From Lingula anatina (taxonomy: Eukaryota; Animalia; Brachiopoda), in NCBI GenBank assembly GCA_051362555.1, contig CM120642.1:29016001-29080000 (forward strand): a stretch of 64,000 nucleotides of DNA, read 5' to 3'. Below, piece by piece: positions 22,981 through 51,641 of the stretch. Made by a program: the position numbers and the translations under genes. The first letter of the stretch is position 1. The number at the start of each line of letters is the position of its first letter. The notes beneath the pieces were generated by a model, which searched no databases, was not told where the DNA came from, and was given only the letters and a program-made list of their open reading frames with translations.

Positions 22981-25956
22981 AAGGAAAATTGCGGCTTTTT
23001 TACATTTAAGCGTGCAAGCGGGGTTTGAAGTTCCACTGAAGGCACCTCAAGATTACATGAAAGTTACAAGGAATTGGTTAACGATTACTAAAGAGACTAC
23101 CAGTACATGTAAATGGCATTTATTTGGAATCTTCATTTTGATTTATATAAGTACAAACTTGTCACTTTTAAGTTCCAGTTGTTTCAACCGAAGCATGATT
23201 TTACAAAAATAAATCTTCGAGTCCTTGTTGTTTGTGAACAAAGTTAACGGTTAATATGGACACATCATGAAGGCATAATTTCAAAGACATACGTGGCGAT
23301 TAATTGGGGCCAAATACATCATTAAAATTCATGTCACATTCTGAACTTTTTCCTTGCTACTCACTGTCAACTTCACCCATTTTATTCATTCAAATGACTG
23401 TACCAAACCGTTACTTATAGTAGCTCAAGTTCTAGAATTTCACCCTTCCCGTTTCAAGAATTAAGTACCATTTCTCGCAAAGATAGCATACGTTCGTGAT
23501 CACGATTTCGATGTTTTTATACAATGAATGCAGTATAAATGTTGAAAACACAGTGTCTTTGAGACATGCTTGTACATTGGTTATCAATCTGAATCACATG
23601 AAAAGATTTACTTTGCTACATAAAATGTGCGCCCGTTCTATACTTTAAGTAACACAGACCTGCTTTTTAAATAAGAACTTGTTAACAATGCTATGCCTTT
23701 AGTATTTATTAAAATATATAATAAAAGCGACATGAAAGACTTGATAAGAAGGACTTCATTTATTTTCATTGTTGGATTCAACATATGAAAGGGGACAAGT
23801 ACACAAAGATCCATGTCACCCTTCTCAAAAAAAAAAAAAAATAATAAATAAATAATAATAATAATAATAATAATGGCAGATTCAGGAACATGAACGTCCG
23901 GTTCTCAGAGTTCGTCTTTCTTCTAGTCTGGTGGTGAGAACAACTTTCTAAATATGTTTGGAAAAAAAAGGAGCGAAACCTCTACCCCTGTATCCAACAT
24001 GCATTTATTGATTCTTTTCTCAAATACGTTTGGTAAGATATAGGCAATTTAAAACTCCGAAAGCCAATTCCTCCTCTGTGGAAATTCTGCGGATTGCTTT
24101 TGCGGATTGCCGCTGTCTCCTCTGTAGCAATGCGTGACTACTCCACTGCGGCAATGTGTGATGGCAACACTGCAGCATACATGTGAATAGCTAGGCGCTG
24201 TCGTCAATGTAAGAAGGTAGCCTATGAATTGATGTGGTCCTCTGGTAACACTGTTAACGCTACACATTAACACGTATTCTGTGTATTCGTTATGACGACT
24301 CCAATTGTTATACTAAATAAAAAGACGTTAGGCAATAAATCTGCGCATTTTGAGCATTGTCATACCTGTTAAAAGAAAAAGATATGACAATATGAAATAA
24401 ATAAAACAACACCAAAATAAATAAATAAGTCCCACTCCCCTTAGGAAAATCCTGAACTCTCACACGCTCTGCACACATTGAAATGTATATAAATAGTCAA
24501 ATGAATAACACACCTTTCAATATGCCCCGTCATACAGATTATTCTCAAGGTCGGGAGATTAGGTCTATTCAAATATTCTTCCTCGGCAAAATACTGCGTA
24601 CATGTAAACAGTAGATAGTACTACAGTGTATGATTCAGTTGATAATCGCCTGGTAATTTTACTAGTAATTTAAATTATAAATAATGATGACGATAGCAAT
24701 AGTATGGTGGCCCCTATTGGATATTTCGACTTTTCGAGTTTTTGACTTTTCGAATTTTTTACCAGTCATATGGCAACTGGCTGCGCGTAGGAGCGCGTGC
24801 GCTGAGATGACGTCGCGGTCGAAATTTTGTTCAAGAATTGCACTTTATTCCCTGCATAAATACCTGGTGAAAATTACCTAGAAGTAAGAAGCAATGAATG
24901 AGGTAGATCTCGACGAAGTCGGCCAACTGGTCACTTTTAAATTTGGCCATAGCAACACTAACATTTTTAGATATCTCATGTCACAAAAACTGTGCAACTT
25001 ATTCACGTCAGTGGAAGGTGGCTTTTTGCATGAGAAAATCGACTATCAAGTTTCATTAAAAACTAACCTGGGAACTTTTTTTACCAGTCGGGAAAATAAC
25101 TCCGATATTACTTATCACAAGGAGTTATACCTCCTTGCTTATCATTATTACTTATTAATTACTTATAATAAATAGGACCTTAGGGCTGGAGTGTACAAAC
25201 TGTTATGATTTATTATTATATCGTTTGGCAGAGAGGACGACAGACGTTCACTGGAATGTCATTTTCACAAGCCAGTTGGGACGTTTTCTTTCGACTTCTA
25301 GGTGATTTATCTCTAGGGTGTGTAATAAAAAGCCATCTATCATCGCTAGAAAATAAAACTCATGGCGACCGTCCTCAGTCACCATCCCATCACCTAGCTC
25401 TTTCTATGATACCATTTCCTTCCAGCACATCGTCCAAATAATCACCTCTGAAAAAAATCGTCAGCATACACACTACTGATATAACGCACATGAAATCAAT
25501 CTCCAAGCTGAGGAGAGCGACGCAGACGAAACCCATATTTGAATGTTTCAAAGGTTTTATATTCCAAAGCAACTTTCCTCATTAAAATGACTTGCTTAAC
25601 CATCCACCTTTACATATATGAAATTTCTGTACTACTGTATTTCACAACTTGACTGTCAGACCATAGCAGAATCCATAGTTTATAGGTATGTGGGCAGTCA
25701 GCTGTTAAGGTGTTGTTATGATTAAGAAAGAGTTTTATAAAAGTTGTTGAAGACCTCTCACTTCCTGTCTCTTTTCATTTACTGAAAAATATAAATAGCA
25801 CATTAGTAATCTGTCTTATCTAAATAAAATGCAACCGATTAAACACCTGCAATATTAAAATCTTCATTTTACTCCGACAATTAAGAAGGTTCTATAGATA
25901 TTGTGTAACTCTACCCTTGACAAATCATACAGTAGCATTCGTTGAAAAATTGAGAA

Positions 25957-26112
25957 GTTCAGATCATGGTGAAAAGTAGGTCAAAGGTCAACTTCAAGGT
26001 CTCAGTGAGATTGCCAGAATATGACCTCCTGTACAAGTTCAATAGTAACTATGGGCGTATCTCTGCCAGTTTTCGAGATATAAGGGATAGAAAATTTGCA
26101 AAGTTCAGTTCA
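25957..26112. repeat. Solo monomer of the 146-bp Helentron-internal repeat, in opposite orientation to the 44.9-46.3 kb arrays
   Basis: catggtgaaaagtaggtcaaaggtca...aagttcaatagtaactatgg...ctctgccagtttt is the reverse complement of the array unit. Confidence 0.8.
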
Positions 26113-27851
26113 AAAATATATTTCCATGTAGGATTTGTGTCTTTATCATAAAGAATAAAACTGTAAGGCACTCTTAGTTTTGTTGTACCACTCAATGAGA
26201 AAATTACAATTAAAAAAATATGAATTAAAAAATACAGTTGGTGTAAAATTCACAATTGTCTGTGATTTTTCACTGAAAAAACCAAGTACCTAGTCCACTT
26301 GATTTTGATAAAATGTGGTTCGTTTTTTAAAGAAATTTCAACTTGCCCCATTAAGAACATACAATTTTGTTGTTGAAGACATATCTTTGTAAAAGTGTGC
26401 AACCCAAAGCAACAAATTTTCAAACCCAAAATAATTCTGTAGAAACACCTAATGAAATACGAATAATATATAATAAAATCAAATCAAAGCCTATGATCAA
26501 AGATTGTCATCTAGATTGAATCATCTATTATTGATATTTCAATCTAAAAGTGTGCAACCCAAAGCAGTCATATTCTCTAACCCAAAATAATTATGTTAAC
26601 ACATCCACTGAAATTTTAAGGAAATCAGCTTTGACATCAAGATTGGGTCATTTATTATTGACATATCAATCTAAAAGTGTGCAACCCAAAGCATTCAAAT
26701 TCTGTAGCCTGAAAAAAGTCTGTGGTAGCACCATCTGATTGTATCATTTATTATATTACCGTTCAGTTAATTAAATTATGATACGGTTTATTTGGGTGCA
26801 AAGCTGAGGGACTGTGGAAGTATTCTATTCACATGTACTTGAATGAAGTCAAAAGTAAAAGATGTGCTGGCATGCATTAGGTATGTGTGAAAGTTATCTT
26901 CCAGAGTTTCTCAATGGAAAGTAAAAGACATAAATGTGACAAAATGTTATTTCATCTAGTAATCTGTAATAAATATCTGATTCAAATTGAATAAATAAAC
27001 TTTTCTGATTTTGGAACCGAGATGGCAGCTCTAGCTGTTGTTTCTGACTCACCGACGTCGCCCACTGATAAAATTTTGAAATGAAAATCCAAATATAGCA
27101 GTTATGTAAAAAGTCTGTGGTAGCACTATCTGATTGTATCATTTATTATTACGGTTCAGTTAATTAAATTTTGTAATGAAAATCCAAATATAGCAGTTAT
27201 GTAAACAGTTTCATTATTATTGTTCCTCCTGATTTCTTGGAAATAAAGCCTATTCAGCAGATTTCTTAAACTATGCCAACCTAAAAATGGGCAAAAAAGA
27301 AAAAAAATGAGCTTGGTATAATTGTAGCTTTTCTACCATGTAGTATGAAGATCACATTACCAATTCTAATATTAAATAAAATATGACAAAAAGTTTAGTT
27401 TTACTCCAAGAATCAAGAAGGTTCTATACATGTAGATAGTGGGAAATTCTACCCTTGAGGCTTGACAATTCACAACAATCGTTCAATTTTCAAGAAGAAG
27501 TCGGTCCTATATTTCTTAATTAAAAATGAAGGGCAAACCTAGTTTAATAGTGAGTCTAAATGACGTTTTAGGAATTTTCAGGAGTACCAAAATCCAGAAA
27601 CCAAAAAACTCGGCCTAATCCTCAGTGTCCTTTGACTCCAAAATGTGACAAAGGGAATTTCATGAACCCAGTGGCCTGCAATGGCCTCACTGTAGGAAAC
27701 ACCAACCTTTCACCCCTCTAAATGGGAAGAGCTCAATAACGTGACCTACATTTTACAGGCATTTATATTGATTTACCCACGCGGTAGCTGCAAGAATATC
27801 TGGAATCTTCTAAGTCCGTATATATGCTGCAGTAGAGACTTAAAACATTGC

Positions 27852-43813
<15,962 letters not shown>

Positions 43814-43884
43814 GTGTTTTGTGTGTGTGTAGTTTTATTTTCATTCATTAAGAAACCAGGTTAATATTATTTTAGACTTTATGA

Positions 43885-46540
43885 TTATTGTACCACCAGC
43901 GTAGGCGCTGGCGGTACCCATGGTTTTAGTCCCGACCCGTATGTTCCGCCGGCTCCGCCGGCTCCTGCGGCTCCGCCGGCTCCTGCGGCTCCGCCGCCAA
44001 GTCACCGTTACCGCTTCTCCTCCTAGACGGTAAGGGCCCCTGTACCCATCTCTTGGATTTAGGTCACCTATAATCTCAACTCATTCCACGTAAAATTTGG
44101 GCTTTGTCGGTATTGGGGTCTAGGTGTGGCACTCATTGCAATGCACCCTTGTCTAAAAATGGCAAAATTAAATGCTAATTATCTACCCTAAGGAAGGAGT
44201 TATGGGAAAAATTTCTACAGACAGCTTTCCAAAAGTCATATGTGTAGATTTCAAATATGCCCTTGGATTTGACCTTTGACCTTTATTTCAAGGTCAAACG
44301 GGCCAAAATTTTCAAAAAAATGAAATTTTTTACGAAAAAAATTTTTTTTGCCCTGTTATTCAGACACCACGCAGACTTAACCAATAATATTATTGGAAAG
44401 TGTTACCCTTCGGGTCGTCTTTCATCTCCGTGAATTTGGGGTCAATCGGTGCATTTTCACGGGAGTAGTGGCCATAAAGTACTGAAACTGAAAACTGTCT
44501 CTAATACGGGAACCGTTAATGCTAGAGACCCATTCTTTTTTGCATTTTGTAGAGCATGTAAAGCCCAACACTGGAGGTGGTCTCCGTTTTTTTGTATTCC
44601 ATACGGTTTTCAAGTTACGCTGTATCAAAAAGTACATATTGGTGGTGAAAGCAAAATGTGCAGTACGGTAATGGATAATAAATTTTGAACTCTGGAAAAA
44701 TAATACATTAGGCTTGGCAAAGCAGACAACTTGTGGTCAAAAATGACATTATTTCATCAAATTTGAACTTCTGGAACTTCAGAGCACCTCCTATTTTAAG
44801 AATTTTGACCAAAATGATGTTTTCTTTATTTTAATTAATCTTTTCTGTAGGAAATTTATGGCACATTATGGTAACTCCAAAATTATAACATTTAGTCCCT
44901 TATATCTCCAAAACTGGCAGAGATAGGTCCATAGTTACTATTGAACTTGAAAAGGAAGTCATATACTGGCAATCTAAATGTGACCTTTAAATTGACCTTT
45001 GACCTACCTTTCACCATGAACTGAACTTTGCAAATTTTGCTTCCCTTTTATCTCCAAAACTGGCAGAGATAGGTCCATAGTTTCTATTGAACTTGAATAG
45101 GAAGTCATATACTGGCAATCTAAATGTGACCTTAAAATTGACCTTTGACCTACTTTTCACCATGAACTGAACTTTTTAAATTTTGCTTCCCTTTTATCTC
45201 CAAAACTGGCAGAGATAGGTCCATAGTTACTATTGAACTTGAAAAGGAAGTCATATACTGGCAATCTAAATGTGACCTTTAAATTGACCTTTGACCTACT
45301 TTTCACCATGAACTGAACTTTGCAAATTTTGCTTCCCTTTTATCTCCAAAACTGGCAGAGATAGGTCCATAGTTACTATTGAACTTGATTAGGAAGTCAT
45401 ATACTGGCAATCTAAATGTGACCTTAAAATTGACCTTTGACCTACTTTTCACTATGAACTGAACTTTGCAAATTTTGCTTCCCTTTTAACTCTAAAGTTA
45501 CGCTGTATCAAAAAATACATATTGGTGGTGAAAGCAAAATGTGCAGTACGGTAATGGATAATAAATTTTGAACTCTGGAAAAATAATACATAAGGCTTGG
45601 CAAAGCAGACAACTTGTGGTCAAAAATGACATTATTTCATGAAATTTGAACACCTGGAACTTCAGAGCACCTCCCATTCCAAAAATTTTGACCAAAATGA
45701 CCTTTTCTTTATTTTAATTAATTTTTTTCTGTAGGAAATTTATGGCACATTATGGTAACTCCAAAATTATAACATTTAGTCCCTTTTATCTGCAAAACTG
45801 GCAGAGATAGGTCCATAGATACTATTGAACTTGAATAGAAAGTCATATACTGGCAATCTTACTGTGACCTTGAAATTGACCTTTGACCTATTTTTCACCA
45901 TGAACTGAACTTTGCAAATTTTGCTTCCCTTTTATCTCCAAAACTGGCAGAGATAGGTCCATAGTTACTATTGAACTTGAATAGGAAGTCAAATACTGGC
46001 AATCTTACTGTGACCTTGAAATTGACCTTTGACCCACTTTTTATCATGAATTGAACTTTGCAAATTTTGGTTCCCTTTTATCTCCAAAACTAGCCAGATA
46101 GGTCCATAGTTACTATTGAAATTGAATAGGAAGTCATATACTGGCAATCTAAGTGTGACCTTGAAATTGACTTTTGATCTACTTATAATCATGAACTGAA
46201 CTCTGCTAATTTCTTTCTCTTTTAACTCCAAACCTGGCAGAGATAGGTCCATAGTTACTATTGAACTTGAATAGGAAGTCATATACTGGCAATTTACTGT
46301 GACCTTGAAAATGACCTTTCACCTACCTTACGATGAACTTAAATTTGATTGTACCATTTTTAGTTTCATATATTTTTTGCATATATTGAAAATTCTTGTT
46401 GATTGCATGTTTACATCTTGTCAAGCACAAGACTGGTGGCTGTGTCCCTTATTTTGTGTATGTGGGGTTCTATACGAATGCGCTTGCTCCAGCTGGTGGT
46501 ACAATATTCGGAGGCGGTATCGCCTCTCTGATCCTCTAGT
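43885..46540 (+). mobile_element. Non-autonomous Helentron-type element (HINE/DINE-1-like) with central tandem repeats
   Basis: 15-bp subterminal inverted repeats tattgtaccaccagc (43886-43900) and gctggtggtacaata (46492-46506); 5' stem-loop with cgctggcggtac; GC microsatellite (ggctccgcc)n at about 43945-43998; 3' hairpin gaggcg-gtat-cgcctc (46511-46526); terminal ctagtt. Confidence 0.8.
44900..46340. repeat. Two arrays of a 146-bp tandem repeat (about 4+4 copies) in an 883-bp higher-order duplication
   Basis: Unit registers at 44905, 45051, 45197, 45343, then 45789, 45935, 46081, about 46227; the spacer 44613-44900 is repeated at 45496-45785. Confidence 0.92.
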
Positions 46541-49500
46541 TCGTTTTAAGTTTCTTGTCTTTATTTTGTAATTGAGATATTATAATGGTATGATATATTT
46601 TCATGATAGCTGCCAGTCTGTTGTTCTGTTTTACTTTCAACTTCCATAAAGTGCTTTTTTTTATTAAAAAAGCAGACTAAGAAAACATCAGCAAAGCCGT
46701 ATAGTCTTTGCAAAAGTTAACACACTTTGTTATATACTTCATGTTTTTGCATTTAATGTCCCATACATGCTCAGTAGATGTTTTACTTGAAATATATTGC
46801 ATTAATGGGAGGAGTTGCTTTACAAAAATGCATACCAAGATTACAAATTGTATTATCAAATTATTATTCTTCCAGAAATGCACATATCTTCGTGGTACTT
46901 GACATGACTTATCAGATTGCCATTGTCCAATATAAGAGATTAAAAGGCTTAATTCAGGTTTTTCATATTTGGACTACCATTTTTGTATATTATACAACAT
47001 GGCTCACAAAAATGAATATTTTATGCCAGAGGCATTGTCGTGTAGTCAAACCAACCAATTAAAATGTGTTGACATATTATATAATAAATAGTTTTTGAGA
47101 ATTTAAATATTTTTTATTCATGCAATATAGATATAGACATATTTAATTAAAATATTTGTGTATCCCTTACATATGTTATAAAACTAAAGTAAAACAACAT
47201 GTTCTATATCTTTTAGTTTCTGAATGTTTTTCAGGTACTGATTTAGTTTATGTATATGTTAACATATTTTTCAGAAATATAAAATCAGCAGTTGGACTGC
47301 AAACGGTATTTGTTGTCCTGCTTTTATTACATAAAGCAAGTGCAGTAGTGTCTATTTAGTGTTTACTCTATAATTGGTCAGAACTTGGCAGTATTTTTTA
47401 TATTTTTTTGTCGGTGAACTATTTTTATTATCCTTTTTATACATTTTCATAATTCTGAAAGAGTAGTATTAAACCCCTGCAAAGATGTTAACATTAACTT
47501 GTATGTTGAATTATGTTATAGGGCAACATTTAAGGTATACAGTGAGCATTAGACTTTGGAGACCTGATTAGAAACAAACTCTGATCACTTGTTGCAGAAA
47601 ATTTATGTTGATAATTTTTGAGTTTTTAATTACATAATTTACTACTCATTTATTCGTAAATGAGCAAGACAGCGCAATCGCCATTTCAGAACTAGTGATG
47701 GGGGTATAACCTGGCGAATTTTTTAAAACTAATTTTGAAAAAAATAGATTGAGTATCATCTCCAGGGGCTTGGATTGAGTGCACATCAGGGTTGTAAAGA
47801 GAATTTGTAAAATATCTTTAAAAATTTTATTTTATTTTTCATTTATTATTTTTATTAACAATATTATGATAACTTTTTTATCATAATATAAACAAAGGTC
47901 AATTGCTCATTGTGTATCATGATGTGTTCTTTACAGTAATTAAATCATCATAAAACATTTGATCTGTCTCTAATAGATTAGCCTTAACTTTTGGCGCTAT
48001 TTTAATCTGCAACCAAGCAGGTCTGACTTTAGGTAAGTCATAGATGTCATCTTCTAGAAGCTATTTCTGCCCCAGGTTTTATAATATAGGTTCAGATGTT
48101 CCATTGTTGTGTTTGTATAGCCAGTGCTTCCATCTAGGACGATGTTTTTTTTTTTTTCTTTTTTTTCAATTAAAGGATGAAGCTTTAAAGGAAATGTTCA
48201 AATAATTTAATGTAAGTAAAATAAAAAAAAACTGAAATTGTTGATGATAGTAATTGAGAATGAGGAGAGAGGAACAGTGCAATGTAATCTCCAGACCATG
48301 TTATTGTCAGGAAAGAAATGTTATTCCATTTCATTATTGAAGGATAGGACAAATCAGATTTCTTCCCCCCAAAGAAGTTGCAAGGCACATTGTTACTTGT
48401 TTATATGAATGAAATTGTTAAAAATTTAATTGTTTTTAAAATGGGATAAAAGGGATGTGTCAGAAATTAATGAAAATAATTGGTTTTGAAATAAATGTTA
48501 CTCCAGTGCTTTCGTTGATGATTGATATTAAATGGAACATTGCGGCAGCTAGTATTTGTCAGATTGTTCTGATATTGCTCAACTGTGTGAAATTGCACGT
48601 CTCAAGTTTCAGGGCTTTGCTGTCTTAAGTCCTGATACCTGTGGATAATCAATGATTGGTTTTATACGTTGTTTTACAACAAGGAGTACGATGAAACTTT
48701 ATATGTTGCAGAAACTTGGTGTAATACTGAGAAAAACATAAGTGTTAAATGTTTCAAATTTGAAAATTTCAGTGAATGTTTAATGTTTATGAAGTTTCAG
48801 AGGTAGTTGATTGTAATTGTATATCTAGGGTTAGATTGTATTTCTTGTGTTAAAATGAAATATATTTATTTCGTTGAGATAAATTGTTCGATTCCTTATT
48901 ACAAGCAGGGGACTCGGGGTAATTAATTTGTATTTTTGGAGTCTGATATGTTATATTGTAGAAATTAACCCTTTTCCCCATGTACAGTGAAATCTTAAGC
49001 AAAATGAAAATAAATGGTCATATTTTAAAAGATTTCAGAGAGGAAGAAAATATATTGTTCTGTTGTTTGATGCAGACAACATATGCACGGAGGGGTTGGG
49101 GGGGCAAGATTATGCCTCATCGATTTGATAAAGGCAAAAGCTTCCATTTGCCTAAAACGGGTAAACACATGACAAGTTATCTGGATGTTACTACCTTGTT
49201 ATCAAGGAAACCGTCTCATTTAGGATGATTACATGTAATAGACAAGAAGGCACCATGTAAATGGAATCGATAGATCTATGTTTGCCTTTGGAAGCAAAAA
49301 CAAATTCTACATCTAGTGTGTCAAAAGGTGCCTCAATTATCCTATTCCCTTGTGTTTGAAATAGGGAAACAACAGGACTACATTATAATCTTATTACTTA
49401 TTTATATATATGTGTACAAGGACCAAGGGAGATAGAATTCCTCATATGTGAGATACTGTGCTGGCTGTGACATTATTGGACACTTGATTGATGTACCTGT

Positions 49501-49695
49501 CTATCTGACTAGCTGCGATAGATACAACATTCAGTTTGATTTACGATCTCAAATTCTCTTGCTGATCTTTCGCCAACTGTTTTTTCCTAAAGTCTGCAGT
49601 TTAATTCTTTGACATCTCCTCAGCGTTGGACCGAACGCGTAACTGCCCATTTGTTGATAGGCAATTTTAAGATACTAGTATAATATAGTATAAAG

Positions 49696-51641
49696 ATGTC
49701 GGGACACGGAAAACATCTCGATCATCAAAATCCGAGGCTGCTAGAAGAGGAAGAAAAGGCTGCAGTCACGATCAATGTCTCCGGAAAGAAATTCACCACG
49801 TTTTGGACGACGCTTGCCAAACGGCCTGAATCCAGATTGGGGAAATTAGCTGAGGACAGGGGGTATATACAGGACAGGGGAGAGAAGCTTTTCTTTGATC
49901 GCGATCCAGCTTATTTCGGCCCAATTTTGAACTTCTACAGAACAGATATATTACACTTTCCCCATTTTCTGTGCGTGCCTATAATTCGTCTGGAACTTCA
50001 ATTCTGGGAAATTGGAGAAGAAAACATGGCGCCTTGCTGTAAAGAAATTGTTCAGACTTTTTACAAAGAACAAAAAGAAAAGAAATTATTGGAGAAAGAG
50101 TTCAGTCAATTTTCACCGGTCATTTATAACCATAAAGAAGGGACGTGTGATTCATACAGATATCGACTATGGGTGTTCCTAAATATTCCGTCATCATCGC
50201 GTGGAGCTAAGGTAAATATGTTGGTAGGCATTTTACATTGAGAGTTTACCATTGGGTATTTTCTTTACCCGTGAAAGCCACTTTTTGTTTCCTGAGATGC
50301 ATGAAACGCTCATATTATTTATCGTGATCCGTGAAGTACTGAGTACCCCATCCCCATTTTGTTTCCCGTGAACTGTGCTCACTACCCCCCCCCCCGCCCC
50401 CAATGGGGCACCATTTATAGTTATGCTGCTAAGTTAATCTAAAGATAACATGGTAACCCCTTTCGCAGAAAGAAAGAAGGCCATGCTGTTGTTTAACAAT
50501 ATGTGTATCGATTTCCATTAACGTGACTAGAATCACGTATTTCAGGGGAGAAGTTATTTTCACATTTAGAATATACATAAAACTTGCACATTTCTCTAAT
50601 CTGTACGTGTGTGCAATATCTTTTCTGGCGTGGGTACATTGTAATTGTAATATATAAAAGGTACATCTTACCAGTATATTAAAACAATACAGATCAGATA
50701 AAGGAAAAGGTTATTTCTTCCGTGAGGCAAAACTCCAAGAAGCAATTAATTATTTTATAGCATATTAGGCATTAATTCTTAATCAATTTTCTCTGTAGGC
50801 TTGGATGGTCATGTACATAGCGCTGTTGTGGATATCATTTTCATTACTTGCAATGAACAGTACCCCAGAATTTCGCTCTTCAAATGGAGTAAATGCGTCA
50901 GCACTTCCACACATTTTCAACGAAAAGTTAATCATGCTTTTGACGACCGACGACAATCCGATTATAAAGGTTTGCGACATTGTTTTAAACGTTTTCTTTA
51001 CATTGGAAATTCTGGTGCAATTATTTACAGCGCCCAGTTTGTGCAAAACATTGAAACAATTTCTGTCAGTAATAGAGGTTTCGTGGTTAGTGATCACGTG
51101 GACTACGGACATTGCTTTTACAGCAAAGGATTATCTAGTTGAGAAAACCATAGAGGAACAAAGAGAAATCCCTGCTTTTACTACCATGAGAGTTCTTGCG
51201 TACCTCAATGTCACATTGCGTGTGCTGCGTCTCCTGCGCTTGATACCATTCAGTCGGAACCTTCAAGTAATAATTTTAACCCTCAAAGCAAGCAGCAAAG
51301 AAATCGGACTCCTTGTTACACTTCTTTTGATGGGAGCGATGATATTTGGACCTCTTATTTTCTATGCAGAAGTAAACGGTTCCGTGTCGAACATTGACAA
51401 CGTACTTGTTGGCTGTTGGTGGGCCTTGGTTACCATGACAACCGTTGGCTATGGCGACAAGTATCCATCTGCGTTTGGCGGATACGTAATTGGTGTGGTG
51501 TGCGTGGTTTCAGGGATGGTTTTCACAGGCATTCCTATATCCATTATCAGCAACAATTTCAACAAATATCAGTCGTTTGCCGAGTCATTGAAAGAGAACA
51601 AAAGAGCAAACGAAAACGAGGAAAGGGTTTCTTTAACCTGA
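49696..51641 (+). CDS. Voltage-gated K+ channel subunit, Shaw/Kv3-like and divergent (copy A); exons 49696-50211, 50799-51641; 452 aa
   Basis: T1/BTB domain (INVSG..F, FFDRDP..F..ILNFYRT) with the HX5CX20CC motif of non-Shaker Kv channels; six TM segments; pore WWALVTMTTVGYGD; phase-0 GT-AG intron after SSSRGAK. Confidence 0.92.

Noticed and set aside
24760-24830. CpG-rich patch with a CRE-like TGACGTCG
   Set aside because: Cannot distinguish a promoter from a transposon interior without expression data.
44900-46340. CRISPR-like appearance of regularly spaced repeats
   Set aside because: Whole units repeat with no unique spacers, there are no cas genes, and the context is eukaryotic.
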